NCBI GenBank assembly: GCA_964491455.1
Contig: CAZBFM010000001.1
Location: forward strand, 447,868 to 511,867
Source of the DNA: an uncultured Candidatus Saccharibacteria bacterium
GTDB taxonomy: Bacteria > Patescibacteriota > Minisyncoccia > 2-02-FULL-40-12 > GWA2-44-9
Reading direction: 5' to 3'
DNA: 64,000 nt
Shown: piece by piece, positions 9,754 to 18,298 of the stretch
Layout: every line of letters starts with the position of its first letter
How positions within the stretch are numbered: position 1 is the stretch's first letter
The notes under the pieces: model-generated
What the model saw: only the letters and a program-made list of their open reading frames with translations
The model's database searches: none
What the model was told of the DNA's origin: nothing
Position numbers and translations under genes: made by a program

Positions 9754-9805
9754 CTCTCCTCCTTAGAATTGATTGCCTCGATCATATCCGAAGCCGATCA
9801 AGATC

Positions 9806-9833
9806 AATATAGCACAATTAATATAATTGTCAA
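9806..9833 (-). promoter_or_regulatory. sigma70 promoter TTGACA-16-TATATT (minus strand) for the 95-aa gene
   Basis: Reverse complement of 9828-9833 gives TTGACA, and of 9806-9811 gives TATATT. Spacer is 16 nt. Confidence 0.45.
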
Positions 9834-9956
9834 TATTCACGATGTTTTCGACGCATTCAACGGCTAAAACGGTGATGTAGCCGTTGATTCGAACTTAGAG
9901 CGGAGATGGCATATCGGCAGGAAGACCATTTCGAGCTCGACGGAGCGAGAACGGAG

Positions 9957-9980
9957 CTGATTTGATACCAATCAAATCAG
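9957..9980. promoter_or_regulatory. perfect 10-bp inverted repeat CTGATTTGAT-acca-ATCAAATCAG; candidate operator
   Basis: Palindrome about 80 bp upstream of relA in the divergent intergenic region. No T-tract follows, so it is not a terminator. Confidence 0.3.
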
Positions 9981-10060
9981 CGTCTCTGAATGTTGATATT
10001 CCAGCGGAGTGACACCCTGCCAGTTGAATTTGCAATGAAATAGATATAGGATTGCGTCAA

Positions 10061-11965
10061 ATGACTCTTTCAGCACTCATCAAGAACTATGAGGGCGAAG
10101 ATCGTGACCTTATCGAGCAGGCATATGCCGTGGCCGAATCCTTTCATCATGGCCAAAAACGCGCTTCCGGCGAGCCCTATATCATCCATCCGCTTGCAGT
10201 AGCGGCATTCCTCGCTGATTTGGGATTCGATGCACACACCGTTTCAGCGGGACTGTTGCACGACCTCCTCGAAGACACCCCCATTACCAAAGAAGGCCTC
10301 GAGCGTCGATTCGGCACGGAGGTTACGAAGCTCGTCGACGGCGTCACAAAGCTCTCTGCCTTCAGCTCGCGCGCTCGTGAGCGGGCATCGATTTCTGACT
10401 TGCAGACCGAATCGCTCAAGAAGATGTTTTTTGCAATGGCAGAAGACCTGCGTGTGATTATCATCAAGCTCGCCGATCGTCTTCATAATATGAAGACACT
10501 GGGACACAAGTCCCCTGAATCACGTCAGCGCATCGCAAAGCAGACCATGGATATCTACGCTCCCATCGCGGCACGCCTCGGAATGGGTCATTTAAAGGGT
10601 GAGCTCGAAGATCTCGCATTCCCCTACGCATACCCCACGGAATATTCATGGCTCAAGAAAACCATCAAAGGCAAATATGAGCAGCGTCTCAAATACATAG
10701 AGCGCACCGCCCCTGTCGTTGCAAAAACACTACGCGACGCCGGCGTCACGGTGTTGAATGTAAACTCTCGCGCCAAGCGCATGTGGTCGCTGTACAGCAA
10801 GCTCAAACGCTATGACATGGATCCCGATAAGGTTATGGATTTGGTCGCGCTGCGTATCGTCGTTCCCGACGTGCGCGCATGCTACGAGGCCCTGGGCATT
10901 ATTCACGCTCACTACAAACCCCTACCGGGACGCGTGAAAGATTATATTGCGCTCCCCAAACCCAATGGATACCGCTCGCTGCACACCACTGTGTTTTGCG
11001 AGAAGGGAAAGATTGCTGAAATCCAAATTCGCACCCCCGATATGCACGACCATGCGGAAAATGGTATCGCTGCTCACTGGAGCTACGCTGAAGCTGGCAA
11101 ACGCTCAGTATCAGCGAAGCAACAAGAGCTTGCATGGGTCAATCAACTCAAAACGCATCTGAAAGAAATCAAATCGAGCCAAGGCCTTGCAGATTTGAAG
11201 ATTGATTTCTTCAAGGATCGTATCTTTGCCCTCACCCCTGAAGGAGACATTAAAGATCTTCCAGAAAATGCGACGCCATTGGATTTTGCGTATGCGGTCC
11301 ACTCAGAACTTGGACATCGCACCACCGGCGCCATAGTGAACGGACGCATTGTCGCATTGGCATCATCGCTACAGTCAGGCGATGTCGTGGAGATTATCAA
11401 AGGGAAAGAAGCGCGTCCCAATAAAGATTGGCTTCGCATCGCAATCACCAACCAAGCACGCAAGCACATCGCGAGCTGGCTCAAGAAGCACGATCCAAGC
11501 ATGATTGTGGCTGATGGCCGCATCGCCCTCAACCGCGAGCTCGCTCGCATGGGGCTGTCGCTAGATAAACTCAATCGACGACAAATTCTCAATGCCACCA
11601 AAGCGCACTCGTCAAAATCGCTCGACGACCTTCTCACACACATCGGTGTCGGTGATTATGACGCTGCGGTTGTTGCGCGTTCTATTGCACCCGCGCAACT
11701 TCTCCCGCAAGGCATCCAGCGCAAAATACATCGCAAAGGAACTGGAATAAAACCGACACCTACCAAGGCGACACTCTCCCGCATCATCATCGATCAGCAA
11801 CCTGGCCTCGCCTACAGGGTGGGCCATTGCTGCAATCCGACGGCACCATCGCTCATCGTTGGCTACCTCACCTTGGCACGTGGAGTCACGGTACATCACC
11901 ACGATTGCCAGAATATCAAAACAGCCTCATCAAAGAGACTGCTTGTTGCCACCTGGGGAGAGTAG
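10061..11965 (+). CDS. relA: bifunctional (p)ppGpp synthetase/hydrolase RelA/SpoT family
   Basis: HD domain (HPLAVAAFLADLG, LLHDLLEDT). Synthetase motif (YKPLPGRVKDYIALPKPNGYRSLHTTV). TGS domain (ALTPEGDIKDLPENATPLDFAYAVHS) and an ACT-like C-terminus. The track start at 10052 is TTG, so the start was moved to the ATG at 10061. Confidence 0.9.
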   Translation: MTLSALIKNYEGEDRDLIEQAYAVAESFHHGQKRASGEPYIIHPLAVAAFLADLGFDAHTVSAGLLHDLLEDTPITKEGLERRFGTEVTKLVDGVTKLSAFSSRARERASISDLQTESLKKMFFAMAEDLRVIIIKLADRLHNMKTLGHKSPESRQRIAKQTMDIYAPIAARLGMGHLKGELEDLAFPYAYPTEYSWLKKTIKGKYEQRLKYIERTAPVVAKTLRDAGVTVLNVNSRAKRMWSLYSKLKRYDMDPDKVMDLVALRIVVPDVRACYEALGIIHAHYKPLPGRVKDYIALPKPNGYRSLHTTVFCEKGKIAEIQIRTPDMHDHAENGIAAHWSYAEAGKRSVSAKQQELAWVNQLKTHLKEIKSSQGLADLKIDFFKDRIFALTPEGDIKDLPENATPLDFAYAVHSELGHRTTGAIVNGRIVALASSLQSGDVVEIIKGKEARPNKDWLRIAITNQARKHIASWLKKHDPSMIVADGRIALNRELARMGLSLDKLNRRQILNATKAHSSKSLDDLLTHIGVGDYDAAVVARSIAPAQLLPQGIQRKIHRKGTGIKPTPTKATLSRIIIDQQPGLAYRVGHCCNPTAPSLIVGYLTLARGVTVHHHDCQNIKTASSKRLLVATWGE

Positions 11966-11968
11966 CGC

Positions 11969-12880
11969 CTAGTGAGAGTCGATAATCTTCTTGACGACAC
12001 CATTGAGGTGTTCAAGACTCGCGAATCGAATGACGATTTGTCCCGCGTCGGATGTGGATCGATGTGTGCGAATCACCACTGGCGCTCCCAGCTGCGTCTG
12101 AAGGTTGCGCATGAGATCATCGTATTTTGCGTTGTGCCGAATCACGCGTCGGCCAACTGCAGCCTTTGCAGCTGACGCCGCATACTCCATGTCCTTGGTT
12201 GAGAAACCGTCTTTGGTGAGCTGCTCAAATGCATGGCGCTGTGCTGCTTCGGTCTGAAACGACAAAAGCGCGCGAGCTGCTGTGCCGGTAATCTGCCCTG
12301 CGCGCGTAGCGTCTTTGATGTACTTCGGGAGATTCACGAGTCGCATCACATTGGCCACGGCTTCGCGCGACTTACCGACTTTCTCTCCTATCTCCTGCTG
12401 GGTAAAACCGAACTCATTGGCCAATCGGACATATGCCTCTGCTGTTTCAATCGGATTTAAATCCTCACGTTGTACGTTCTCGATAAGCGCAACCTCAAGA
12501 CTATTTGATTTTTGCCCCGAGTTTTCTGGGGTAAGATCGTCACGAATGATGACGGGCACTTGTGGCAACCCCGCCAACTGCGCCGCGCGCCATCGACGCT
12601 CTCCCGCAATCAACTGATATCGGACCGCTCGACCGCGAGGTAAGTCCTCTTCAATCTTCGTGACAAGAAGAGGTTGCAGCACGCCAAACTTACGTATGCT
12701 CTTGGATAAATCTTGGAGTGCTGCCTGATCAAAATCTGTACGAGGCTGGTCAGGGTTTGCTTGGATCTTGGCAACTTCAACATAGTAGATGGTCTCGCGC
12801 TTGTTGTTGACCGCTTCGGCAACGGTGTCAGGTATCAGCGAGCCAAGTCCCTTCCCGAGTCCAAATAATTTCTTCGACAT
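11969..12880 (-). CDS. parB: chromosome partitioning protein ParB/Spo0J
   Basis: ParB box GERRWRAA and HTH (FTQQEIGEKVGKSREAVANVMRL). Confidence 0.9.
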   Translation of the reverse strand: MSKKLFGLGKGLGSLIPDTVAEAVNNKRETIYYVEVAKIQANPDQPRTDFDQAALQDLSKSIRKFGVLQPLLVTKIEEDLPRGRAVRYQLIAGERRWRAAQLAGLPQVPVIIRDDLTPENSGQKSNSLEVALIENVQREDLNPIETAEAYVRLANEFGFTQQEIGEKVGKSREAVANVMRLVNLPKYIKDATRAGQITGTAARALLSFQTEAAQRHAFEQLTKDGFSTKDMEYAASAAKAAVGRRVIRHNAKYDDLMRNLQTQLGAPVVIRTHRSTSDAGQIVIRFASLEHLNGVVKKIIDSH

Positions 12881-12884
12881 ACGA

Positions 12885-13646
12885 TTAGTTTAAACGAATT
12901 ATTTCTTGTGCCAAGCGGTAGTATGCTTGTGCCGCCTTGGAGCTCGGATCATGTTGCAAAATTGTCTTGCCAAAACTCGGCGCTTCCGCGACTGATATCA
13001 CTCGAGGCACGATCGATTCAAATACGCGACCCGGGAAATTATGGATCACCTCGTTGACCACCTGTCGTGAGAGCTGATTGCGCTTGTCGTGCATCGTCAG
13101 CACCACACCCATCACGGCGAGCTCTTGATTGATCGTGCCACGCACGAGCTCGATCGTCCGCATAAGCTGGCCAAGTCCCTCAAGCGCGTAGTATTCGCAC
13201 TGCACCGGAATGATAACGCGATCGGCAGCAGCTAACGCATTCACCGTGAGCAACCCAAGTGATGGTGGGCAATCAATGAGCACATAGTCGTAGTTATTTC
13301 GAAGATGGTTGAGCACGCGACGAAGTCGATACTCACGTTCTTGCATACCCACGAGCTCAACCGTTGCGCCTGCAAGCATCTGCGATGCCGGCAAGATATC
13401 GTAACCGAACATCGGCGTCTTCAACACGAGCGACTCAGGGTTCACATCTGACACCAGTGTGTGATACACATTCTGCGCAGTCGGGTGGAGCTCCATACCA
13501 AGTCCCATCGTCGCATTTGCCTGAGAATCCAGATCAACGAGTAGCACATACTTACCTTGCGACGCCAAATAGGCTCCCAGATTTACTGAGGTGGTTGTCT
13601 TTCCTACGCCACCTTTCTGATTACACACCGCAATGACGCGTGCCAT
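12885..13646 (-). CDS. parA: chromosome partitioning ATPase ParA/Soj
   Basis: Deviant Walker A CNQKGGVGKTTTSVNL. Track ORF trimmed to MARVIAVCNQ. The discarded N-terminal extension is the antisense reading of tRNA-Leu. Confidence 0.9.
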   Translation of the reverse strand: MARVIAVCNQKGGVGKTTTSVNLGAYLASQGKYVLLVDLDSQANATMGLGMELHPTAQNVYHTLVSDVNPESLVLKTPMFGYDILPASQMLAGATVELVGMQEREYRLRRVLNHLRNNYDYVLIDCPPSLGLLTVNALAAADRVIIPVQCEYYALEGLGQLMRTIELVRGTINQELAVMGVVLTMHDKRNQLSRQVVNEVIHNFPGRVFESIVPRVISVAEAPSFGKTILQHDPSSKAAQAYYRLAQEIIRLN

Positions 13647-13733
13647 ATAGAATGCATGATAGCATGCGCAACTTGCTCTGCAATGCGGATAACATTGAAA
13701 AAATGCTGGTACTGGCGTATACTGCCCTGCATT

Positions 13734-13816
13734 GCCCGGGTGGTGGAATGGCATACACGTGCGACTCAAAATCGCATGGCCGCAAGGCCTTGTGGGTTCA
13801 AGTCCCACCCCGGGCA
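13734..13816 (+). tRNA. tRNA-Leu (anticodon CAA), class II with long variable arm
   Basis: Acceptor stem GCCCGGG/CCCGGGC, 7 bp. Anticodon stem TGCGA/TCGCA with loop CTCAAAA. Variable hairpin GGCCGCAAGGCC. T-arm GTGGG-TTCAAGT-CCCAC. Discriminator A. CCA is not encoded. Confidence 0.85.
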
Positions 13817-13911
13817 CAGTACGTTCTTTCTACCACATCATTGCTCTACTAGAACTCGTCGTCGAGATCGCATACCGCGACCCGTGCCACGATGAGCTCT
13901 AGGGAGTCGTG

Positions 13912-14115
13912 ATGACATTTGCGCTAGCCCCCAATGGTCAAAAAGGCATCAGGGACGAACGTACACATCCGGTACGTCTCGATACCGGCGAAATCCAACG
14001 AGCCAAGGCCCCTGCGCATGGCCGTGTGCAGTGCACCGATTGCGGTCACCAGATTGATCCTCGAACTGCAGTGATGTCCGACGAAGGATACATTTGCCCG
14101 CACCACGAAGAGTAG
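13912..14115 (+). CDS. small zinc-ribbon-like protein (67 aa; CTDCGH...CPHH)
   Basis: SD AGGGAG at 13901-13906 lies 5 nt before the ATG. The track start at 13909 is GTG. Cys/His ligand pairs CxxC...CxHH are present. Confidence 0.45.
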   Translation: MTFALAPNGQKGIRDERTHPVRLDTGEIQRAKAPAHGRVQCTDCGHQIDPRTAVMSDEGYICPHHEE

Positions 14116-14133
14116 CTGCGACATTCGCAGCGA

Positions 14134-14166
14134 GCACCGACAAACGTCGGTGCTTTTTATTTTTTA
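14134..14166 (+). terminator. rho-independent terminator GCACCGAC-aaac-GTCGGTGC + T5AT6
   Basis: Perfect 8-bp stem immediately followed by TTTTTATTTTTT, 18 nt after the stop of the 67-aa gene. Confidence 0.65.
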
Positions 14167-14206
14167 TGCACAGAAAATCATTTGCTTGTAACATCAAAGT
14201 GCTAGT

Positions 14207-14464
14207 ATGAAAATAATTATTGATCTCGGAGGGATGCGCCACCTACAAAAACAAAAGCGATCACAGCAACCAGAACTCCCGGAGTCCTATCTTCTGTGTC
14301 CAGAATGCGACGGCACGTGGGTTGATAGTCGCCATGGATCGTGCGCACACTGTCCGATTGGCACATCGAGCCAGGATTTTCACCTCTGTCTTTCGTGTGC
14401 GCTCCATGAAAAACGTTGCCAGCACTGCGGGCAAGAAATCACAGTGAAGATTGCCAACTGCTAA
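14207..14464 (+). CDS. small Cys-rich protein with four CxxC pairs (85 aa; double zinc-ribbon-like)
   Basis: CPEC, CAHC, CLSC and CQHC. Convergent with folD. Confidence 0.4.
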   Translation: MKIIIDLGGMRHLQKQKRSQQPELPESYLLCPECDGTWVDSRHGSCAHCPIGTSSQDFHLCLSCALHEKRCQHCGQEITVKIANC

Positions 14465-15258
14465 CGAGTTGCAAGCAAGAGAAGATTCTCCAGAACTGCA
14501 GCAACAACGAGCGGCCCCATACCACCCGGTACCGGCGTAAGAAGGCCGGCTTTTTTTGACACGGAATCAAAATCAACATCACCAACATAGGCATCACCTT
14601 TTTTGCCGTAGCCAAAATCGATCACCGTTGCACCCTCTTTAATCCACGCATCTGTGATAAGTCCTGGCACGCCTGTTGCAGCAATCACAATGTCGGCCTG
14701 GTAAGATTTCAATGCCGGGTCTGTTGTGGAGATATCCATAACCTCAACCTGCGCTCCCTGCTTGGAAAGCCACTGAGCGATTGGTTGACCGACTAACGCA
14801 CCTGCGCCAACGACTGCACATCGGACGCCCAGCACGGGAATTGCATGTGCATCAATAATATACTGAAGAGCGCGAACCGATGGCGGCAGGAGATCGCCTT
14901 GTGCTAGCACATCCACATCCTTCTCCGAAGGTATGAGCTTTATGAGTGCTGATGCGTCCCATGATGATGGCAACGGCAACTCAACAAATATTCCCTGCAC
15001 TTCGTCATCAGAAGCCAAATAACTGATCGCTTCACGCGCCTGCGACTCTTGATCAGCATCAAAAAAATAACTTGAAAATTGCAATCCAATAGAATGCGCC
15101 GCTTTTTGCTTCAATCGCACAAATGTCTTCAGGCCCTCGTCATCTCCGGCGCATACCGCTGCTAGTTGGAGTGGTACGCTAAGAGCCCGAACTTGCTCCG
15201 CCAGTCCAATGAGTACCTGGTCCGCGATTGCTCGACCATCGATGAGTGTTGCCTCCAT
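14461..15258 (-). CDS. folD: methylenetetrahydrofolate dehydrogenase/cyclohydrolase
   Basis: PVPGGMGPLVVA motif, the NAD(P)-binding region VVGAGALVGQPIA, and overall FolD length. Confidence 0.9.
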   Translation of the reverse strand: MEATLIDGRAIADQVLIGLAEQVRALSVPLQLAAVCAGDDEGLKTFVRLKQKAAHSIGLQFSSYFFDADQESQAREAISYLASDDEVQGIFVELPLPSSWDASALIKLIPSEKDVDVLAQGDLLPPSVRALQYIIDAHAIPVLGVRCAVVGAGALVGQPIAQWLSKQGAQVEVMDISTTDPALKSYQADIVIAATGVPGLITDAWIKEGATVIDFGYGKKGDAYVGDVDFDSVSKKAGLLTPVPGGMGPLVVAAVLENLLLLATR

Positions 15259-15269
15259 AACGCCGTATA

Positions 15270-15902
15270 TTACAGGAGTGCCATAATTTTGTCAGCAGGA
15301 ACCGCACCCTCTCGCAGGATGCGCGGGTATCGACCCGAAAGATCAACAACCGTCGATAGTTGTGTTTCCGGTAATAATCCCGCATCGAGTATGTAGTCAG
15401 GCTGTGGTGTGGACTGCGCAAAGTTAAAAGCGATGCGCTCTGCGTCGTACGTAGGTTCCGTTCCGTTGCGGTTTGCCGATGTTGCTGCCAACGGATAACC
15501 CACCTTATAGAGTAAGGATTGCAGGAGTGGATAGTCTGGAGCGCGGACCCCAATCGCCTGCCCACCACCACAGGTAATTGATGGCACCAGCGGTCGTCGC
15601 GGCAATATAAATGTCACGCGACCCGGCCAAAATTGCGAAATAATCTTTTCATGTACAGCCGTCATGTAGACGAGCTCTCGAGCCCACGAAATATCCCGAA
15701 CAAGCATCGGCAGTGCACGCACATAACTACGATGCTTGGCATCAAATACACGTGCGACGGCGACGGGATCGAGTGCATTACACACCAATGCGTACATTGA
15801 ATCAGAAGGCACAACCGAGTTCCCACCGCGTCGCAACGACGTTACAACACGATCGAGTGAAGATCCGTAATCGTCTGCCAGATCTATCTTGAGCATGTGC
15901 AT
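15270..15902 (-). CDS. tsaC: L-threonylcarbamoyladenylate synthase (Sua5/YrdC/TsaC family)
   Basis: YrdC fold motifs: SMYALVCNALDP and GYPLAATSANRNGTEP. Confidence 0.85.
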   Translation of the reverse strand: MHMLKIDLADDYGSSLDRVVTSLRRGGNSVVPSDSMYALVCNALDPVAVARVFDAKHRSYVRALPMLVRDISWARELVYMTAVHEKIISQFWPGRVTFILPRRPLVPSITCGGGQAIGVRAPDYPLLQSLLYKVGYPLAATSANRNGTEPTYDAERIAFNFAQSTPQPDYILDAGLLPETQLSTVVDLSGRYPRILREGAVPADKIMALL

Positions 15903-15953
15903 GGGGTATACATAGCAAGAAGGAGCCCTGGGGCTCCTTCTTGTCTCAGCGGG

Positions 15954-16241
15954 TTACTTTCCCTCTGCCTTTTTGTGTTTTGGTTTCCAACTCTCCATCT
16001 TTGGTCGATCCCATACTTTGTAATTGACCATGAGATTGTTGACGGTTGGACTGATCTGGGCGCCATTTTTCATGTACGCCTCTACTTTTTCACGATCAAC
16101 ATTGAACGCTTTTGCATGAGGATCATAGGTACCCAAAAGCTCAAGGTATTTACCTTGTGGCTTCTTAGTGTGCTCCATGACCGAAATACGGTAGTGGGCC
16201 TGCTTTTTCTTTCCGATGCGCTGTAGTCGAATCTTCAACAT
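15954..16241 (-). CDS. rpsP: 30S ribosomal protein S16
   Basis: N-terminus MLKIRLQRIGKKKQAHYRI is the canonical S16 start. Confidence 0.9.
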   Translation of the reverse strand: MLKIRLQRIGKKKQAHYRISVMEHTKKPQGKYLELLGTYDPHAKAFNVDREKVEAYMKNGAQISPTVNNLMVNYKVWDRPKMESWKPKHKKAEGK

Positions 16242-16342
16242 AGTGCATTATCTTACACCATATCCCCATAGAACGCAAGCCTTTGCGGCCCGACCACACT
16301 CGTGCTACGATTTTTATGCTCTTTGCAAGGAGGAATGTTGCT

Positions 16343-16621
16343 ATGCGAATAGAAGCCTTCGCCGACGCACATCGTTTGTACATTTCTATCGTTCGCCACC
16401 CAAACGATATGGGGTGGTCCGCTAAGCTGTCCATTGGAAGTGGCGAGGGACACTATGCATCACTGGTCTGGATCCGTGAAAAACACGCGGCTCCCTTCTG
16501 TATTGGTGCGACGGCGATTGATGCCCTCAATGGCCTCCTCGCACTCATTGCTGGCACGACGCTTGTCATCGGAGACCATCACCACCGAGAAGTGAGTGTC
16601 CCCACTGATCTAACCCTGTAG
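16343..16621 (+). CDS. hypothetical small protein (92 aa)
   Basis: Perfect SD AAGGAGG at 16327-16333 lies 9 nt before the ATG at 16343. The track ORF began upstream at a non-SD site. A terminator follows. Confidence 0.5.
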   Translation: MRIEAFADAHRLYISIVRHPNDMGWSAKLSIGSGEGHYASLVWIREKHAAPFCIGATAIDALNGLLALIAGTTLVIGDHHHREVSVPTDLTL

Positions 16622-16626
16622 ACTCA

Positions 16627-16652
16627 CGCCTCCGAAAGGAGGCGATTTTTAT
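16627..16652. terminator. hairpin CGCCTCC-gaaa-GGAGGCG + ATTTTTAT shared by convergent genes (16343-gene and rnc)
   Basis: 7-bp stem with GNRA-like loop and a T-run on the + strand. It overlaps the rnc stop codon. Confidence 0.5.
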
Positions 16653-17359
16653 CGCCCCGCCCAACTCTTATTCTTGAGCGCATCTTCAGCAGCTCCTTGC
16701 TGCGCGTCTTGCTTTGACTCTCCCTGACCCTCCCCCGCAAGCTCGCGCCCGAGGTAGACTCCGATCTTAAATTGACGCGCATGATCAGGTCCCCACTCCT
16801 CCATGACGCGATAGGTCGGAGTTACGCTCAGACGATCTTGTGCCTCTTCCTGGAGGAGCGATTTAGGGTCTCGGTATAATTTCTTGGAAATAATTTCGGG
16901 AAGGTGTGATAGTACAAATGAACCGATAAACACCTTGCAAGGCTCGTATCCGCCATCCAAATAAATGGCCCCGATGAGTGCTTCGATCGCATTGGCCAAA
17001 ATATACTGACGAGCTCGCCCGGTATCACGTGCTTCCCCTCGCGACAACAACATATGCGCGTTGAGATCAAATTCATTGGTAATACCCGAGAGCATATTGG
17101 CGTTCACCAGTGCGGCGCGCCAGTTGGTCATTTCACCCTCCTGTGTCGAAGGATAGTGCTCGTAGAGATATTCGGTCACCACTAACTCAAGCACCGCATC
17201 ACCCAAAAACTCGAGGCGTTCATTGTGCCCCGTCGGCCAATCAGGATGTTCGTTAAGGTACGAACGATGTGTCAACGCTTGCGCAAGTAGTTGCGCATCC
17301 TTGAATACATAACCGATGCGCTCTTGGAGCTGCATCAACGATTTACTCGACATACTCAC
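16649..17359 (-). CDS. rnc: ribonuclease III
   Basis: RNase III signature ERLEFLGDAVLELVV plus a C-terminal dsRBD. Confidence 0.9.
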   Translation of the reverse strand: MSMSSKSLMQLQERIGYVFKDAQLLAQALTHRSYLNEHPDWPTGHNERLEFLGDAVLELVVTEYLYEHYPSTQEGEMTNWRAALVNANMLSGITNEFDLNAHMLLSRGEARDTGRARQYILANAIEALIGAIYLDGGYEPCKVFIGSFVLSHLPEIISKKLYRDPKSLLQEEAQDRLSVTPTYRVMEEWGPDHARQFKIGVYLGRELAGEGQGESKQDAQQGAAEDALKNKSWAGR

Positions 17360-17424
17360 GAGCGAGCCACACAGCGAGCAGGGCGGCTAACCACCATGCT
17401 TGATCTACGGCCCGTTGTTATAGA

Positions 17425-17919
17425 TTACTCAACCGACTCTTCGCCGACCTTCTCCTCTTCCGCATCCGACTTGCGTGCAGGCGCGTCATCCTTACCTGGT
17501 TCGCCCATTTCTTTATAGATGGTACCAAGCACCCCATTGATGAAACGGCCACTCGACTCACCACCAAATGATTTCGCCAACTCAATCGCCTCATTGATGG
17601 CTACTTTTGGTGGAACAGCTTCGCGATCACTCCACATGAGCTCGTAGAGCCCCAGACGGAGCACGTTGCGGTCTACCATCGCAATCTGATCGATGGGCCA
17701 CTGCGGCGCAGCGCGTTCGATGATACGATCAATCTCGTCGATATGATCGAGCGTCCCCTTTACCAGCATCACAATGAACTCTGGTTCCTCGATGCCGTCA
17801 CCAAACTCCTTGATCGTATGCTCAAGAATACCGGGTAAGAGCTCACTATTGCGCTCTTTAAAATCCCACTCGTAGAGGGCTTGCATCGCGACTGAGCGAG
17901 CGAGGTGACGTGATGCCAT
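17425..17919 (-). CDS. nusB: transcription antitermination factor NusB
   Basis: [18 protein letters not shown]-terminus and an all-helical 140-aa core. The acidic C-terminal tail is extra. Confidence 0.85.
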   Translation of the reverse strand: MASRHLARSVAMQALYEWDFKERNSELLPGILEHTIKEFGDGIEEPEFIVMLVKGTLDHIDEIDRIIERAAPQWPIDQIAMVDRNVLRLGLYELMWSDREAVPPKVAINEAIELAKSFGGESSGRFINGVLGTIYKEMGEPGKDDAPARKSDAEEEKVGEESVE

Positions 17920-17954
17920 TGTAAAGTGAGAGAGATAAACGAACCTATCCTATC

Positions 17955-18158
17955 CTACTTGGAAGCCTGCTCTTTCTTCTTCTGTGCCTTCTTGAGCTTG
18001 CGGGCAGTTACATTGACGACTTCGCGTCCTTTGTAGAAACCGCAATACTTACACACCGTATGTGATTGTATCATTTTCTTGCACTGCGCGCATGCCTGCA
18101 ATGTCTGCTTCTTGAGAGCCAAGTGGCTGCGGCGACGCAGCTGCTTGCCCTTTGCCAT
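17955..18158 (-). CDS. rpmF: 50S ribosomal protein L32
   Basis: MAKGKQLRRRSHLALKK...CAQC...CKYCGFYKG. Start moved to the internal ATG at 18158. Confidence 0.85.
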   Translation of the reverse strand: MAKGKQLRRRSHLALKKQTLQACAQCKKMIQSHTVCKYCGFYKGREVVNVTARKLKKAQKKKEQASK

Positions 18159-18298
18159 ATGATGTCGTGGAACGCCCATGTCGGTAGATAGTTAGATAGT
18201 TACTGGTTGTGAAATACATAGTACCACAGACAGCGTAACGAGGCAATGGCTTGCTCATTAGTCATTTTTTGGACACAATTCGGAACAGGCACACTTCT

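Noticed and set aside
10052-10060. relA start at 10052 as listed in the ORF track
   Set aside because: The codon at 10052 is TTG and lies within the predicted promoter/TSS region. The first ATG at 10061 (MTLSALIK...) is the preferred start.
13647-13817. N-terminal 57-aa extension of the parA track ORF ([11 protein letters not shown]...)
   Set aside because: It is the antisense reading of tRNA-Leu (13734..13816). parA starts at the internal ATG 13646, directly before the Walker A motif.
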